From Mobula hypostoma (lineage: Eukaryota), in the NCBI RefSeq assembly GCF_963921235.1, contig NC_086097.1, positions 99,078,001-99,142,000 on the forward strand: a stretch of 64,000 bases of DNA, written 5' to 3'. The translations under genes were made by a program, and so were the position numbers. Below, one piece after another: positions 1-15,000 of the stretch (position 1 is the stretch's first letter; every line of letters starts with the position of its first letter). The notes below the pieces were generated by a model. That model was not told where the DNA came from. It worked only from the letters and a program-made list of their open reading frames with translations, and did not search any database.

Positions 1-3000
1 GCGCGTGTACAGAGGGAGTGAGACAGGTGAAGGTATGCAGCGCGTGGACAGAGGGAGTGAGACAGGTGAAGGTATACAGCGCGTGGACAGAGAAAGTGAG
101 ACAGGTGAAGGTATGCAACGCGTGGACAGAGGAAGTGAGACAGGTGAAGGTATGCAGCGCGTGGACAGAGGGAGTGAGACAGGTGAAGGTATGCAGCGCG
201 TGGACAGAGGAGGTGAGACAGGTGAAGGTATGCAGCGCGTGGACAGAGGGAGTGAGACAGGTGAAGGTATGCAGCGCGTGCACAGAGGAAGTGAGGCAGG
301 TGAAGGTATTCAGCGCGTGGACAGGAGGAGAATGAGACAGGTGAAGGTATGCAGCGTGTGGACAGAGGGAGTGAGACAGGTGAAGGTATGCAGTGCGTGG
401 ACAGAGGAAGTGAGACAGGTGAAGGTATGCAGCGCTTGGACAGAAGAAGTGAGACAGGTGAAGGTATACACCGCGTGGACTGGAGGAGAATGAGACAGGT
501 GAAGGTATGCAGCGAGTGGACGGGAGGAGAATGAGACAGGTGAAGGTATGCAGTGCATGGACAGAGGAAGTGAGACAGGTGAAGGTATGCAGCGCGTGGA
601 CAGGAGGAGAATGAGACAGGTGAAGGTATGCAGCGCGTGGACAGGAGGAGAATTTGACAGGTGAAGGTATGCAGTGCGTGGACAGAGGAAGTGAGACAGG
701 TGAAGGTATACACCGCGTGGACAGGAGAAGAATGAGACAGGTGAAGGTATGCAGCGCGTGGACAGGAGGAGAATGAGACAGGTGAAGGTATGCAGCGCGT
801 GCACAGAGGAAGTGAGTCAGGTGATGGTATGCAGCGCATGGACAGGAGGAGAATGAGACAGGTGAAAGGTATGCAGCGCGTGGACAGGAGCAGAATGAGA
901 CAGGTGAAGGTATGCAGCGCGTGGACAGGAGGAGAATTAGACAGCTGAAGGTATGCAGCGAGTGGACAGAGGAAGTGAGACAGGTGAAGGTATGCAGCGC
1001 GTGGACAGAGGAAGTGAGACAGGTGAAGGTATGCAGCGCATGGAAAGAGGAAGTGAGGCAGGTGAAGGTATGCAGCGCGTGGACAGGGGAAGTGAGACAG
1101 GTGAAGGTATGCAGCGCGTGGACAGAGTAAGTGAGACAGGTGAAGGTATACAGCACGTGGACGGAGGAAGTGAGACAGGTGAAGGTATGCAGCACGTGGA
1201 CAGGAGGAGAATGAGACAGGTGAAGGTATACACTGCGTGGACAGGAGGAGAATGAGACAGGTGAAGGTATGCAGCGCGTGGACAGGAGGAGAATGAGACA
1301 GGTGAAGGTATGTAGCGCGTGGACAGAGGAAGTGAGACAGGTGAAGGTATGCAGCGCGTGTACAGAGGGAGAGAGACAGGTGAAGGTATGCAGCGCGTAG
1401 ACAGAGGGAGTGAGACAGGTGAAGGTATGCAGCGCGTGGACAGAGGGAGTGAGACAGGTGAAGGTATGCAACGCGTGGACAGAGGAAGTGAGACAGGTGT
1501 AGGTATGCAGCGCGTGGACAGGAGTAGACTGAGACAGGTGAAGGTATGCAGCGCGTGCACAGAGGAAGTGAGACAGGTGAAGGTATGCAGCGCTTGGACA
1601 GGAGGAGAATGAGACAGGTGAAGGTATGCAGCACGTGGACAGAGGAAGTGAGACAGTTGAAGGAATGCAGCGCGTGGACAGAGGAACTGAGACAGGTGAA
1701 GCTTGGCAGCGCGTGGACAGGAGGAGAATGAGACAGGTGAAGGTATGCAGCACGTGGACAGAGGAAGTGAGACAGGTGAACGTATGCAGCGCGTGGACAG
1801 GAGGAGAATGAGACAGGTGAAGGTATGCAGCGCGTGGACAGAGGAAGTGAGACAGGTGAAGGTATGCAGCACGTGGACAGAGAAAGTGAGACAGGTGAAG
1901 GTATGCAGCGCCTGGAGAGGAGGAGAATGAGACAGGTGAAGATATGCAGCGTGTGGACAGAGGGAGTGAGACAGGTGAAGGTATGCAGAGCGTGGACAGT
2001 GGAAGTGAGACAGGTGAAGGTATGCAGCGCATGGACAGGAGGAGAATGAGACAGGTGAAGGTATACAGCGCGTGAACAGGAGGAGAATGAGACAGGTGAA
2101 GGTATGCAGCGCGTGGACAGAGGAAGTGAGACAGGTGAAGGTATGCAGCGCGTGGACAGAGGAAGTGAGACAGGTGAAGGTATGCAGTGCGTGGACAGAA
2201 GAAGTGAGACAGGTGAAGGTATACACCGCATGGACAGGAGGAGAATGAGACAGGTGAAGGTATGCAGCGCGTGGACAGGAGGAGAATGAGACAGGTGAAG
2301 GTATGCAGCACGTGGACAGAGGAAGTGAGACAGGTGAAGGTATGCAGCGCGTGGACAGAGGGAGTGAGACAGGTGAAGGTATGCAGCGCGTGGACAGAGG
2401 GAGTGAGACAGGTGAAGGTATGCAGCGCATGGACAGAGGGAGTGAGACAGGTGAAGGTATGCAGCGTGTGGACAGGAGGAGAATAAGACAGGTGAAGGTA
2501 TGCAGCGCGTGCACAGAGGAACTAAGTCAGGTGAAGGTATGCAGCGCGTGGACAGGAGGAGAATGAGACAGGTGAAGGTATGCAGCGCGTGTACAGAGGG
2601 AGTGAGACAGGTGAAGGTATGCAGCGCGTGGACAGAGGGAGTGAGACAGGTGAAGGTATACAGCGCGTGGACAGAGAAAGTGAGACAGGTGAAGGTATGC
2701 AACGCGTGGACAGAGGAAGTGAGACAGGTGAAGGTATGCAGCGCGTGGACAGAGGGAGTGAGACAGGTGAAGGTATGCAGCGCGTGGACAGAGGAGGTGA
2801 GACAGGTGAAGGTATGCAGCGCGTGGACAGAGGGAGTGAGACAGGTGAAGGTATGCAGCGCGTGCACAGAGGAAGTGAGGCAGGTGAAGGTATTCAGCGC
2901 GTGGACAGGAGGAGAATAAGACAGGTGAAGGTATGCAGCGTGTGGACAGAGGGAGTGAGACAGGTGAAGGTATGCAGTGCGTGGACAGAGGAAGTGAGAC

Positions 3001-6000
3001 AGGTGAAGGTATGCAGCGCTTGGACAGAAGAAGTGAGACAGGTGAAGGTATACACCGCGTGGACTGGAGGAGAATGAGACAGGTGAAGGTATGCAGCGAG
3101 TGGACGGGAGGAGAATGAGACAGGTGAAGGTATGCAGTGCATGGACAGAGGAAGTGAGACAGGTGAAGGTATGCAGCGCGTGGACAGGAGGAGAATGAGA
3201 CAGGTGAAGGTATGCAGCGCGTGGACAGGAGGAGAATTTGACAGGTGAAGGTATGCAGTGCGTGGACAGAGGAAGTGAGACAGGTGAAGGTATACACCGC
3301 GTGGACAGGAGAAGAATGAGACAGGTGAAGGTATGCAGCGCGTGGACAGGAGGAGAATGAGACAGGTGAAGGTATGCAGCGCGTGCACAGAGGAAGTGAG
3401 TCAGGTGATGGTATGCAGCGCATGGACAGGAGGAGAATGAGACAGGTGAAAGGTATGCAGCGCGTGGACAGGAGCAGAATGAGACAGGTGAAGGTATGCA
3501 GCGCGTGGACAGGAGGAGAATTAGACAGCTGAAGGTATGCAGCGAGTGGACAGAGGAAGTGAGACAGGTGAAGGTATGCAGCGCGTGGACAGAGGAAGTG
3601 AGACAGGTGAAGGTATGCAGCGCATGGAAAGAGGAAGTGAGGCAGGTGAAGGTATGCAGCGCGTGTACAGAGGGAGAGAGACAGGTGAAGGTATGCAGCG
3701 CGTAGACAGAGGGAGTGAGACAGGTGAAGGTATGCAGCGCGTGGACAGAGGGAGTGAGACAGGTGAAGGTATGCAACGCGTGGACAGAGGAAGTGAGACA
3801 GGTGTAGGTATGCAGCGCGTGGACAGGAGTAGACTGAGACAGGTGAAGGTATGCAGCGCGTGCACAGAGGAAGTGAGACAGGTGAAGGTATGCAGCGCTT
3901 GGACAGGAGGAGAATGAGACAGGTGAAGGTATGCAGCACGTGGACAGAGGTAGTGAGACAGTTGAAGGAATGCAGCGCGTGGACAGAGGAACTGAGACAG
4001 GTGAAGCTTGGCAGCGCGTGGACAGGAGGAGAATGAGACAGGTGAAGGTATGCAGCACGTGGACAGAGGAAGTGAGACAGGTGAACGTATGCAGCGCGTG
4101 GACAGGAGGAGAATGAGACAGGTGAAGGTATGCAGCGCGTGGACAGAGGAAGTGAGACAGGTGAAGGTATGCAGCGCGTGGAGAGAGGAAGTGAGACAGG
4201 TGAAGGTATGCAGTGCGTGGACAGAGGAAGTGAGACAGGTGAAGGTATGCAGTGCGTGGACAGAGGGAGTGAGACAGGTGAAGGTATGCAGCGCGTGGAC
4301 AGAGGAAGTGAGACAGGTGAAGGTATGCAGCGCGTGGAGAGAGGAAGTGAGACAGGTGAAGGTATGCAGTGCCTGGACAGAGGAAGTGAGACAGGTGAAG
4401 GTATGCAGTGCGTGGACAGAGGAAGTGAGACAGGTGAAGGTATGCAGCGCGTGGACAGAGGAAGTGAGACAGGTGAAGGTATGCAGTGCGTGGACAGAGG
4501 AGGTGAGACAGGTGAAGGTACGCAGCGCGTGGAGAGAGGGAGTGAGACAGGTGAAGGTATGCAGCACGTGGACAGGAGGAGAATGAGACAGGTGAAGGTA
4601 TGCAGCGCGTGGACAGAGGAAGTGAGACAGGTGAAGGTATGCAGCGCGTGGACAGAGAAAGTGAGACAGGTGAAGGTATGCAGCGCATGGACAGGAGGAG
4701 AATGAGACAGGTGAAGGTATGCAGCGCGTGGACAGAGGAAGTGAGTCAGGTGAAGGTATGCAGCGCGTGGACAGGAGGAGAATGAGACAGGTGAAGGTAT
4801 GCAGCGCGTGCACAGAGGAAGTGAGACAGGTGAAGGTATACACCGCGTGGACAGGAGGAGAATGAGACAGGTGAAGGTATGCAGCGCGTGGACAGGAGGA
4901 GAATGAGACAGGTGAAGGTATGTAGCGCGTGGACAGAGGAAGTGAGACAGGTGAAGGTATGCAGCGCGTGTACAGAGGGAGTGAGACAGGTGAAGTTATG
5001 CAGCGCGTGGACAGAGGGAGTGAGACAGGTGAAGGTATGCAGCGCGTGGACAGAGGGAGTGAGACAGGTGAAGGAATGTAGCGCATGAACAGAGGAAGTG
5101 AGACAGGTGAAGGTATGCAGCGAGTGGACAGAGGAAGTGAGACAGGTGAAGGTATGCAGCGCGTGGACAGGAGGAGACTGAGACAGGTGAAGGTATGCAG
5201 CGCGTGGACAGGAGGAGAATGAGACAGGTGAAGGTATGTAGCGCGTGGACAGAGGAAGTGAGACAGGTGAAGGTATGCAGCGCGTGGACAGGAGGAGAAT
5301 GAGACAGGTGAAGGTATGCAGCGCGTGGACAGGAGGAGAATGAGACAGGTGAAGGTATGCAGCGCGTGGACAGAGGGAGTGAGACAGGTGAAGGTATGCA
5401 GCATGTGGACAGAGGAAGTGAGACAGGTGAAGGTATGCAGCGCGTGGACAGAGGGAGTGAGACAGGTGAAGGTATGCAGCGCGTGGACAGAGGGAGTGAG
5501 ACAGGTGAAGGTATGCAGCGCGTGTACAGAGGGAGTGAGACAGGTGAAGGTATGCAGCGTGTGGACAGGAGGAGAATAAGACAGGTGAAGGTATGCAGCG
5601 CGTGGACAGGAGGAGCATGAGACAGGTGAAGGTATGCAGGGCGTGGACAGAGGGAGTGAGACAGGTGAAGGTATACAGCGCGTGGACAGAGGAAGTGAGA
5701 CAGGTGAAGGTATGCAGCGCGTGGACAGAGGGAGTGAGACAGGTGAAGGTATGCAGCGCGTGGACAGAGGAGGTGAGACAGGTGAAGGTATGCAGCGAGT
5801 GGACAGAGGGAGTGAGACAGGTGAAGGTATGCAGCGCGTGCACAGAGGAAGTGAGGCAGGTGAAGGTATGCAGCGCGTGGACAGGAGGAGAATGAGACAG
5901 GTGAAGGTGTGCAACGCGTGGACAAAGGAAGCGAGACAGGTGAAGGTATGCAGCGCGTGGACATAGGAAGTGAGACAGTTGAAGGTATGCAGCGCCTGGA

Positions 6001-9000
6001 CAGGAGGAGAATGAGACAGGTGAAGGTATGCAGCGTGTGGACAGAGGGAGTGAGACAGGTGAAGGTATGCAGTGCGTGGACAGTGGAAGTGAGACAGGTG
6101 AAGGTATGCAGCGCATGGACAGGAGGAGAATGAGACAGGTGAAGGTATACAGCGCGTGAACAGGAGGAGAATGAGACAGGTGAAGGCATGCAGCGCGTGG
6201 TCAGAGGAAGTGAGACAGGTGAAGGTATGCAGCGCGTGGACAGAGGAAGTGAGACAGGTGAAGGTATGCAGCGCGTGGACAGAAGAAGTGAGACAGGTGA
6301 AGGTATACACCGCGTGGACTGGAGGAGAATGAGACAGGTGAAGGTATGCAGCGAGTGGACAGGAGGAGAATGAGACAGGTGAAGGTATGCAGTGCATGGA
6401 CAGAGGAAGTGAGACAGGTGAAGTTATGCAGCGCGTGCACAGAGGAAGTGAGTCAGGTGAAGGTATGCAGCGTGTGGACAGGAGGAGAGTGAGACAGGTG
6501 AAGGTATGAAGCGCGTGGACAGAGGGAGTGAGACAGGTGAAGGTATGCAGCATGTGGACAGAGGAAGTGAGACAGGTGAAGGCATGCAGCGCGTGGACAG
6601 AGGTAGTGAGACAGGTGAAGGTATGCAGCGCGTGGACAGAGGGAGTGAGACAGGTGAAGGTATGCAGCGCGTGTACAGAGGGAGTGAGACAGGTGAAGGT
6701 ATGCAGCGTGTGGACAGGAGGAGAATAAGACAGGTGAAGGTATGCAGCGCGTGGACAGGAGGAGCACGAGACAGGTGAAGGTATGCAGGGCGTGGACAGA
6801 GGGAGTGAGACAGGTGAAGGTATACAGCGCGTGGACAGAGGAAGTGAGACAGGTGAAGGTATGCAGCGCGTGGACAGAGGGAGTGAGACAGGTGAAGGTA
6901 TGCAGCGCGTGGACAGAGGAGGTGAGACAGGTGAAGGTATGCAGCGAGTGGACAGAGGGAGTGAGACAGGTGAAGGTATGCAGCGCGTGCACAGAGGAAG
7001 TGAGGCAGGTGAAGGTATGCAGCGCGTGGACAGGAGGAGAATGAGACAGGTGAAGGTGTGCAGCACGTGGACAAAGGAAGCGAGACAGGTGAAGGTATGC
7101 AGCGCGTGGACATAGGAAGTGAGACAGTTGAAGGTATGCAGCGCCTGGACAGGAGTAGAATGAGACAGGTGAAGGTATGCCGCGTGTGGACAGAGGGAGT
7201 GAGACAGGTGAAGGTATGCAGTGCGTGGACAGTGGAAGTGAGACAGGTGAAGGTATGCAGCGCATGGACAGGAGGAGAATGAGACAGGTGAAGGTATACA
7301 GCGCGTGAACAGGAGGAGAATGAGACAGGTGAAGGCATGCAGCGCGTGGACAGAGGAAGTGAGACAGGTGAAGGTATGCAGCGCGTGGACAGAAGAAGTG
7401 AGACAGGTGAAGGTATACACCGCGTGGACTGGAGGAGAATGAGACAGGTGAAGGTATGCAGCGAGTGGACAGGAGGAGAATGAGACAGGTGAAGGTATGC
7501 AGCGAGTGGACAGGAGGAGAATGAGACAGGTGAAGGTATGCAGTGCATGGACAGAGGAAGTGAGACAGGTGAAGGTATGCAGCGCGTGGACAGGAGGAGA
7601 ATGAGACAGGAGAAGGTATGCAGCGCGTGGACAGGAGGAGAATGAGACAGGTGAAGGTATGCAGTGCGTGGACAAAGGAAGTGAGTCAGGTGAAGGTATG
7701 CAGCGCGTGGACAGAGGAAGTGAGACAGGTGAAGGTATGCAGCACGTGGACAGAGGAAATGAGACAGGTGAAGGTATGCAGCGCGTGGACAGAGGAAGTG
7801 AGACAGGTGAAGGTATGCAGCACGTGGACAGAGGAAATGAGACAGGTGAAGGTATGCAGCGCGTGGACAGAGGAAGTGAGACAGGTGAAGGTATGCAGCA
7901 CGTGGACAGAGGAAGTGAGACAGGTGAAGGTATGCAGCGAGTGGACAGAGGAAGTGAGACAGGTGAATGTATGCAGCGCGTGGACAGGAGGAGAATGAGA
8001 CAGGTGAAGGTATGCAGCACGCGGACAGGAGGAGAATGAGACAGGTGAAGGTATGTAGCGCGTGGACAGAGGAAGTGAGACAGGTGAAGGTATGCAGCGC
8101 GTGTACAGAGGGAGTGAGACAGGTGAAGGTATGCAGCGTGTGGACAGGGAAAGTGAGACAGGAGAAGGTATGCAGCGCGTGGACAGAGTAAGTGAGACAG
8201 GTGAAGGTATACAGCACGTGGACGTAGGAAGTGAGACAGGTGAAGGTATGCAGCACGTGCACAGGAGGAGAATGAGACAGGTGAAAGTATGCAGCGCGTG
8301 GACAGAGGAAGTGAGACAGTTGAAGGTATGCAGCGCGTGGACAGAGGAAGTGAGACAGGTGAAGGTATGCAGCGCGTGGACAGAGGAAATGAGACATTTG
8401 AAGGTATACACCGCGTGGACAGGAGGAGAATGAGACAGGTGAAGGTATGCAGCGCGTGGACAGGAGGAGAATGAGACAGGTGAAGGTATGTAGCGCGTGG
8501 ACAGAGGAAGTGAGACAGGTGAAGGTATGCAGCGCGTAGACAGAGGGAGTGAGACAGGTTAATGTATGCAGCGCGTGGACAGAGGGAGTGAGACAGGTGA
8601 AGGTATGCAACGCGTGGACAGAGGAAGTGAGACAGGTGTAGGTATGCAGCGCATGGACAGGAGGAGAATGAGACAGGTGAAGGTATACAGCGCGTGGACA
8701 GGAGGAGAATGAGACAGGTGAAGGTATGCAGCACGTGGACAGAGGAAGTGAGACAGGTGAAGGTATGCAGCGCGTGGACAGAGGGAGTGAGACAGGTGAA
8801 GGTATGCAGCGCGTGGACAGAGGGAGTGAGACAGGTGAAGGTATGCAACGCATGCACAGAGGGAGTGAGACAGGTGAAGGTATGCAGCGTGTGGACAGGA
8901 GGAGAATAAGACAGGTGAAGGTATGCAGCGCGTGCACAGAGGAACTAAGTCAGGTGAAGGTATGCAGCGCGTGGACAGGAGGAGCATGAGACAGGTGAAG

Positions 9001-12000
9001 GTATGCAGCGCGTGTACAGAGGGAGTGAGACAGGTGAAGGTATGCTGCGCGTGGACAGAGGGAGTGAGACAGGTGAAGGTATACAGCGCGTGGACAGAGG
9101 AAGTGAGACAGGTGAAGGTATGCAGCGCGTGGACAGAGGGAGTGAGACAGGTGAAGGTATGCAGCGCGTGGACAGAGGAGGTGAGACAGGTGAAGGTATG
9201 CAGCGCGTGGACAGAGGGAGTGAGACAGGTGAAGGTATGCAGCGCGTGCACAGAGGAAGTGAGGCAGGTGAAGGTATGCAGCACGTGGACAGGAGGAGAA
9301 TGAGACAGGTGAAGGTGTGCAGAGCGTGGACAAAGGAAGCGAGACAGGTGAAGGTATGCAGCGCGTGGACAGAGGAAGTGAGACAGGTGAAGGTATGCAG
9401 CGCCTGGACAGGAGGAGAATGAGACAGGTGAAGGTATGCAGCGTGTGGACAGAGGGAGTGAGACAGGTGAAGGTATGCAGTGCGTGGACAGTGGAAGTGA
9501 GACAGGTGAAGGTATGCAGCGCCTGGACAGGAGGAGAATGAGACAGGTGAAGGTATGCCGCGTGTGGACAGAGGGAGTGAGACAGGTGAAGGTATGCAGT
9601 GCGTGGACAGTGGAAGTGAGACAGGTGAAGGTATGCAGCGCATGGACAGGAGGAGAATGAGACAGGTGAAGGTATGCAGCGCGTGGACAGGAGGAGAATG
9701 AGACAGGTGAAGGTATGCAGTGCGTGGACAAAGGGAGTGAGTCAGGTGAAGGTATGCAGCGCGTGCACAGAGGAAGTGAGTCAGGTGAAGGTATGCAGCG
9801 CGTGGACAGGAGGAGAATGAGTCAGGTGAAGGTATGCAGCGCGTGGACAGGAGGAGAATGAGACAGGTGAAGGTATGCAGTGCATGGACAGAGGAAGTGA
9901 GACAGGGGAAGGTATGCAGCATGTGGACAGAGGAAATGAGACAGGTGAAGGTATGCAGCGCATGGACAGAGGAAGTGAGACAGGTGAAGGTATGCAGCAC
10001 GTGGACAGAGGAAGTTAGACAGGTGAAGGTATGCAGCGAGTGGACAGAGGAAGTGAGACAGGTGAATGTATGCAGCGCGTGGACAGGAGGAGAATGAGAC
10101 AGGTGAAGGTATGCAGCACGCGGACAGGAGGAGAATGAGACAGGTGAAGGTATGTAGCGCGTGGACAGAGGAAGTGAGACAGGTGAAGGTATGCAGCGCG
10201 TGTACAGAGGGAGTGAGACAGGTAAAGGTATGCAGCGCGTGGACAGAGGAAGTGAGACAGGTGAAGGTATGCAGCGCATGGAGAGAGGAAGTGAGGCAGG
10301 TGAAGGTATGCAGCGTGTGGACAGGGAATGTGAGACAGGTGAAGGAATGCAGCGCGTGGACAGAGTAAGTGAGACAGGTGAAGGTATACAGCACGTGGAC
10401 GGAGGAAGTGAGACAGGTGAAGGTATGCAGCACGTGCACAGGAGGAGAATGAGACAGGTGAAGGTATGCAGCGCGTGGACAGAGGAAGTGAGACAGTTGA
10501 AGGTATGCAGCGCGTGGACAGAGGAAGTTAGACAGGTGAAGGTATGCAGCGCGTGGACAGAGGAAATGAGACAGGTGAAGTTATACACCGCGTGGACAGG
10601 AGGAGAATGAGACAGGTGAAGGTATGCAGCGCGTGGACAGGAGGAGAATGAGACAGGTGAAGGTATGTAGCGCGTGGACAGAGGAAGTGAGACAGGTGAA
10701 GGTATACAGCGCGTGTACAGAGGGAGAGAGACAGGTGAAGGTATGCAGCGCGTAGACAGAGGGAGTGAGACAGGTGAAGGTATGCAGCGCGTGGACAGAG
10801 GGAGTGAGACAGGTGAAGGTATGCAACGCGTGGACAGAGGAAGTGAGACAGGTGTAGGTATGCAGCGCATGGACAGGAGGAGAATGAGACAGGTGAAGGT
10901 ATACAGCGCGTGGACAGGAGGAGAATGAGACAGGTGAAGGTATGCAGCACGTGGACAGAGGAAGTGAGACAGGTGAAGGTATGCAGCGCGTGGACAGAGG
11001 GAGTGAGACAGGTGAAGGTATGCAGCGCGTGGACAGAGGGAGTGAGACAGGTGAAGGTATGCAGCGCATGTACAGAGGGAGTGAGACAGGTGAAGGTATG
11101 CAGCGTGTGGACAGGAGGAGAATAAGACAGGTGAAGGTATGCAGCGCGTGCACAGAGGAACTAAGTCAGGTGAAGGTATGCAGCGCGTGGACAGGAGGAG
11201 CATGAGACAGGTGAAGGTATGCAGCGCGTGTACAGAGGGAGTGAGACAGGTGAAGGTATGCAGCGCGTGGACAGAGGGAGTGAGACAGGTGAAGGTATAC
11301 AGCACGTGGACAGAGGAAGTGAGACAGGTGAAGGTATGCAGCACGTGGACAGAGGGAGTGAGACAGGTGAAGGTATGCATCGCGTGGACAGGAGGAGAAT
11401 GAGACAGGTGAAGGTGCGCAGAGCGTGGACAAAGGAAGCGAGACAGGTGAAGGTATGCAGCGCGTGGACAGAGGAAGTGAGACAGGTGAAGGTATGCAGC
11501 GCCTGGACAGGAGGAGAATGAGACAGGTGAAGGTATGCAGCGTGTGGACAGAGGGAGTGAGACAGGTGAAGGTATGCAGCGCGTGTACAGAGGGAGAGAG
11601 ACAGGTGAAGGTATGCAGCGCGTAGACAGAGGGAGTGAGACAGGTGAAGGTATGCAGCGCGTGGACAGAGGGAGTGAGACAGGTGAAGGTATGCAACGCG
11701 TGGACAGAGGAAGTGAGACAGGTGTAGGTATGCAGCGCGTGGACAGGAGTAGACTGAGACAGGTGAAGGTATGCAGCGCTTGGACAGGAGGAGAATGAGA
11801 CAGGTGAAAGTATGCAGCACGTGGACAGAGGAAGTGAGTCAGGTGAAGGTATGCAGCGCGTGGACAGGAGGAGAATGAGACAGGTGAAGGTATGCAGCGC
11901 GTGGACAGGAGGAGAATGAGACAGGTGAAGGTATGTAGCGCGTGGACAGAGGAAGTGAGACAGGTGAAGGTATGCAGCGCGTGTACAGAGGGAGTGAGAC

Positions 12001-15000
12001 AGGTGAAGTTATGCAGCGCGTGGACAGAGGGAGTGAGACAGGTGAAGGTATGCAGCGCGTGGACAGAGGGAGTGAGACAGGTGAAGGAATGTAGCGCGTG
12101 AACAGAGGAAGTGAGACAGGTGAAGGTATGCAGCGAGTGGACAGAGGAAGTGAGACAGGTGAAGGTATGCAGCGCGTGGACAGGAGGAGAATGAGACAGG
12201 TGAAGGTATGCAGCGCGTGGACAGGAGGAGAATGAGACAGGTGAAGGTATGTAGCGCGTGGACAGAGGAAGTGAGACAGGTGAAGGTATGCAGCGCGTGG
12301 ACAGGAGGAGAATGAGACAGGTGAAGGTATGCAGCGCGTGGACAGGAGGAGAATGAGACAGGTGAAGGTATGCAGCGCGTGGACAGGAGGAGAATGAGAC
12401 AGGTGAAGGTATGCAGCGCGTGGACAGGAGGAGAATGAGACAGGTGAAGGTATGCAGCGCGTGGACAGAGGAAGTGAGACAGGTGAAGGTATGCAGCGCG
12501 TGTACAGAGGGAGTGAGACAGGTGAAGGTATGAAGTGCGTGGACAGAGGGAGTGAGACAGGTGAAGGTATGCAGCATGTGGACAGAGGAAGTGAGACAGG
12601 TGAAGGTATGCAGCGCGTGGACAGAGGGAGTGAGACAGGTGAAGGTATGCAGCGCGTGGACAGAGGGAGTGAGACATGTGAAGGTATGCAGCGCGTGTAC
12701 AGAGGGAGTGAGACAGGTGAAGGTATGCAGCGTGTGGACAGGAGGAGAATAAGACAGGTGAAGGTATGCAGCGCGTGGACAGGAGGAGCATGAGACAGGT
12801 GAAGGTATGCAGGGCGTGGACAGAGGGAGTGAGACAGGTGAAGGTATACAGCGCGTGGACAGAGGAAGTGAGACAGGTGAAGGTATGCAGCGCGTGGACA
12901 GAGGGAGTGAGACAGGTGAAGGTATGCAGCGCGTGGACAGAGGAGGTGAGACAGGTGAAGGTATGCAGCGAGTGGACAGAGGGAGTGAGACAGGTGAAGG
13001 TATGCAGCGCGTGCACAGAGGAAGTGAGGCAGGTGAAGGTATGCAGCGCGTGGACAGGAGGAGAATGAGACAGGTGAAGGTGTGCAACGCGTGGACAAAG
13101 GAAGCGAGACAGGTGAAGGTATGCAGCGCGTGGACATAGGAAGTGAGACAGTTGAAGGTATGCAGCGCCTGGACAGGAGGAGAATGAGACAGGTGAAGTT
13201 ATGCAGCGTGTGGACAGAGGGAGTGAGACAGGTGAAGGTATGCAGTGCGTGGACAGTGGAAGTGAGACAGGTGAAGGTATGCAGCGCATGGACAGGAGGA
13301 GAATGAGACAGGTGAAGGTATACAGCGCGTGAACAGGAGGAGAATGAGACAGGTGAAGGCATGCAGCGCGTGGTCAGAGGAAGTGAGACAGGTGAAGGGA
13401 TGCAGCGCGTGGACAGAGGAAGTGAGACAGGTGAAGGTATGCAGCGCGTGGACAGAAGAAGTGAGACAGGTGAAGGTATACACCGCGTGGACTGGAGGAG
13501 AATGAGACAGGTGAAGGTATGCAGCGAGTGGACAGGAGGAGAATGAGACAGGTGAAGGTATGCAGTGCATGGACAGAGGAAGTGAGACAGGTGAAGTTAT
13601 GCAGCGCGTGCACAGAGGAAGTGAGTCAGGTGAAGGTATGCAGCGTGTGGACAGGAGGAGAGTGAGACAGGTGAAGGTATGAAGCGCGTGGACAGAGGGA
13701 GTGAGACAGGTGAAGGTATGCAGCATGTGGACAGAGGAAGTGAGACAGGTGAAGGTATGCAGCGCGTGGACAGAGGGAGTGAGACAGGTGAAGGTATGCA
13801 GCGCGTGGACAGAGGGAGTGAGACAGGTGAAGGTATGCAGCGCGTGTACAGAGGGAGTGAGACAGGTGAAGGTATGCAGCGTGTGGACAGGAGGAGAATA
13901 AGACAGGTGAAGGTATGCAGCGCGTGGACAGGAGGAGCACGAGACAGGTGAAGGTATGCAGGGCGTGGACAGAGGGAGTGAGACAGGTGAAGGTATACAG
14001 CGCGTGGACAGAGGAAGTGAGACAGGTGAAGGTATGCAGCGCGTGGACAGAGGGAGTGAGACAGGTGAAGGTATGCAGCGCGTGGACAGAGGAGGTGAGA
14101 CAGGTGAAGGTATGCAGCGAGTGGACAGAGGGAGTGAGACAGGTGAAGGTATGCAGCGCGTGCACAGAGGAAGTGAGGCAGGTGAAGGTATGCAGCGCGT
14201 GGACAGGAGGAGAATGAGACAGGTGAAGGTGTGCAGCACGTGGACAAAGGAAGCGAGACAGGTGAAGGTATGCAGCGCGTGGACATAGGAAGTGAGACAG
14301 TTGAAGGTATGCAGCGCCTGGACAGGAGGAGAATGAGACAGGTGAAGGTATGCAGCGTGTGGACAGAAGGAGTGAGACAGGTGAAGGTATGCAGTGCGTG
14401 GACAGTGGAAGTGAGACAGGTGAAGGTATGCAGCGCATGGACAGGAGGAGAATGAGACAGGTGAAGGTATACAGCGCGTGAACAGGAGGAGAATGAGACA
14501 GGTGAAGGCATGCAGCGCGTGGTCAGAGGAAGTGAGACAGGTGAAGGTATGCAGCGCGTGGACAGAGGAAGTGAGACAGGTGAAGGTATGCAGCGCGTGG
14601 ACAGAAGAAGTGAGACAGGTGAAGGTATACACCGCGTGGACTGGAGGAGAATGAGACAGGTGAAGGTATGCAGCGAGTGGACAGGAGGAGAATGAGACAG
14701 GTGAAGGTATGCATTGCATGGACAGAGGAAGTGAGACAGGTGAAGTTATGCAGTGCGTGCACAGAGGAAGTGAGTCAGGTGAAGGTATGCAGCGCGTGGA
14801 CAGGAGGAGAATGAGACAGGAGAAGGTATGCAGCGCGTGGACAGGAGGAGAATGAGACAGGTGAAGGTATGCAGTGCGTGGACAAAGGAAGTGAGTCAGG
14901 TGAAGGTATGCAGCGCGTGGACAGAGGAAGTGAGACAGTGAAGGTATGCAGCACGTGGACAGAGGAAATGAGAGAGGTGAAGGTATGCAGCGCGTGGACA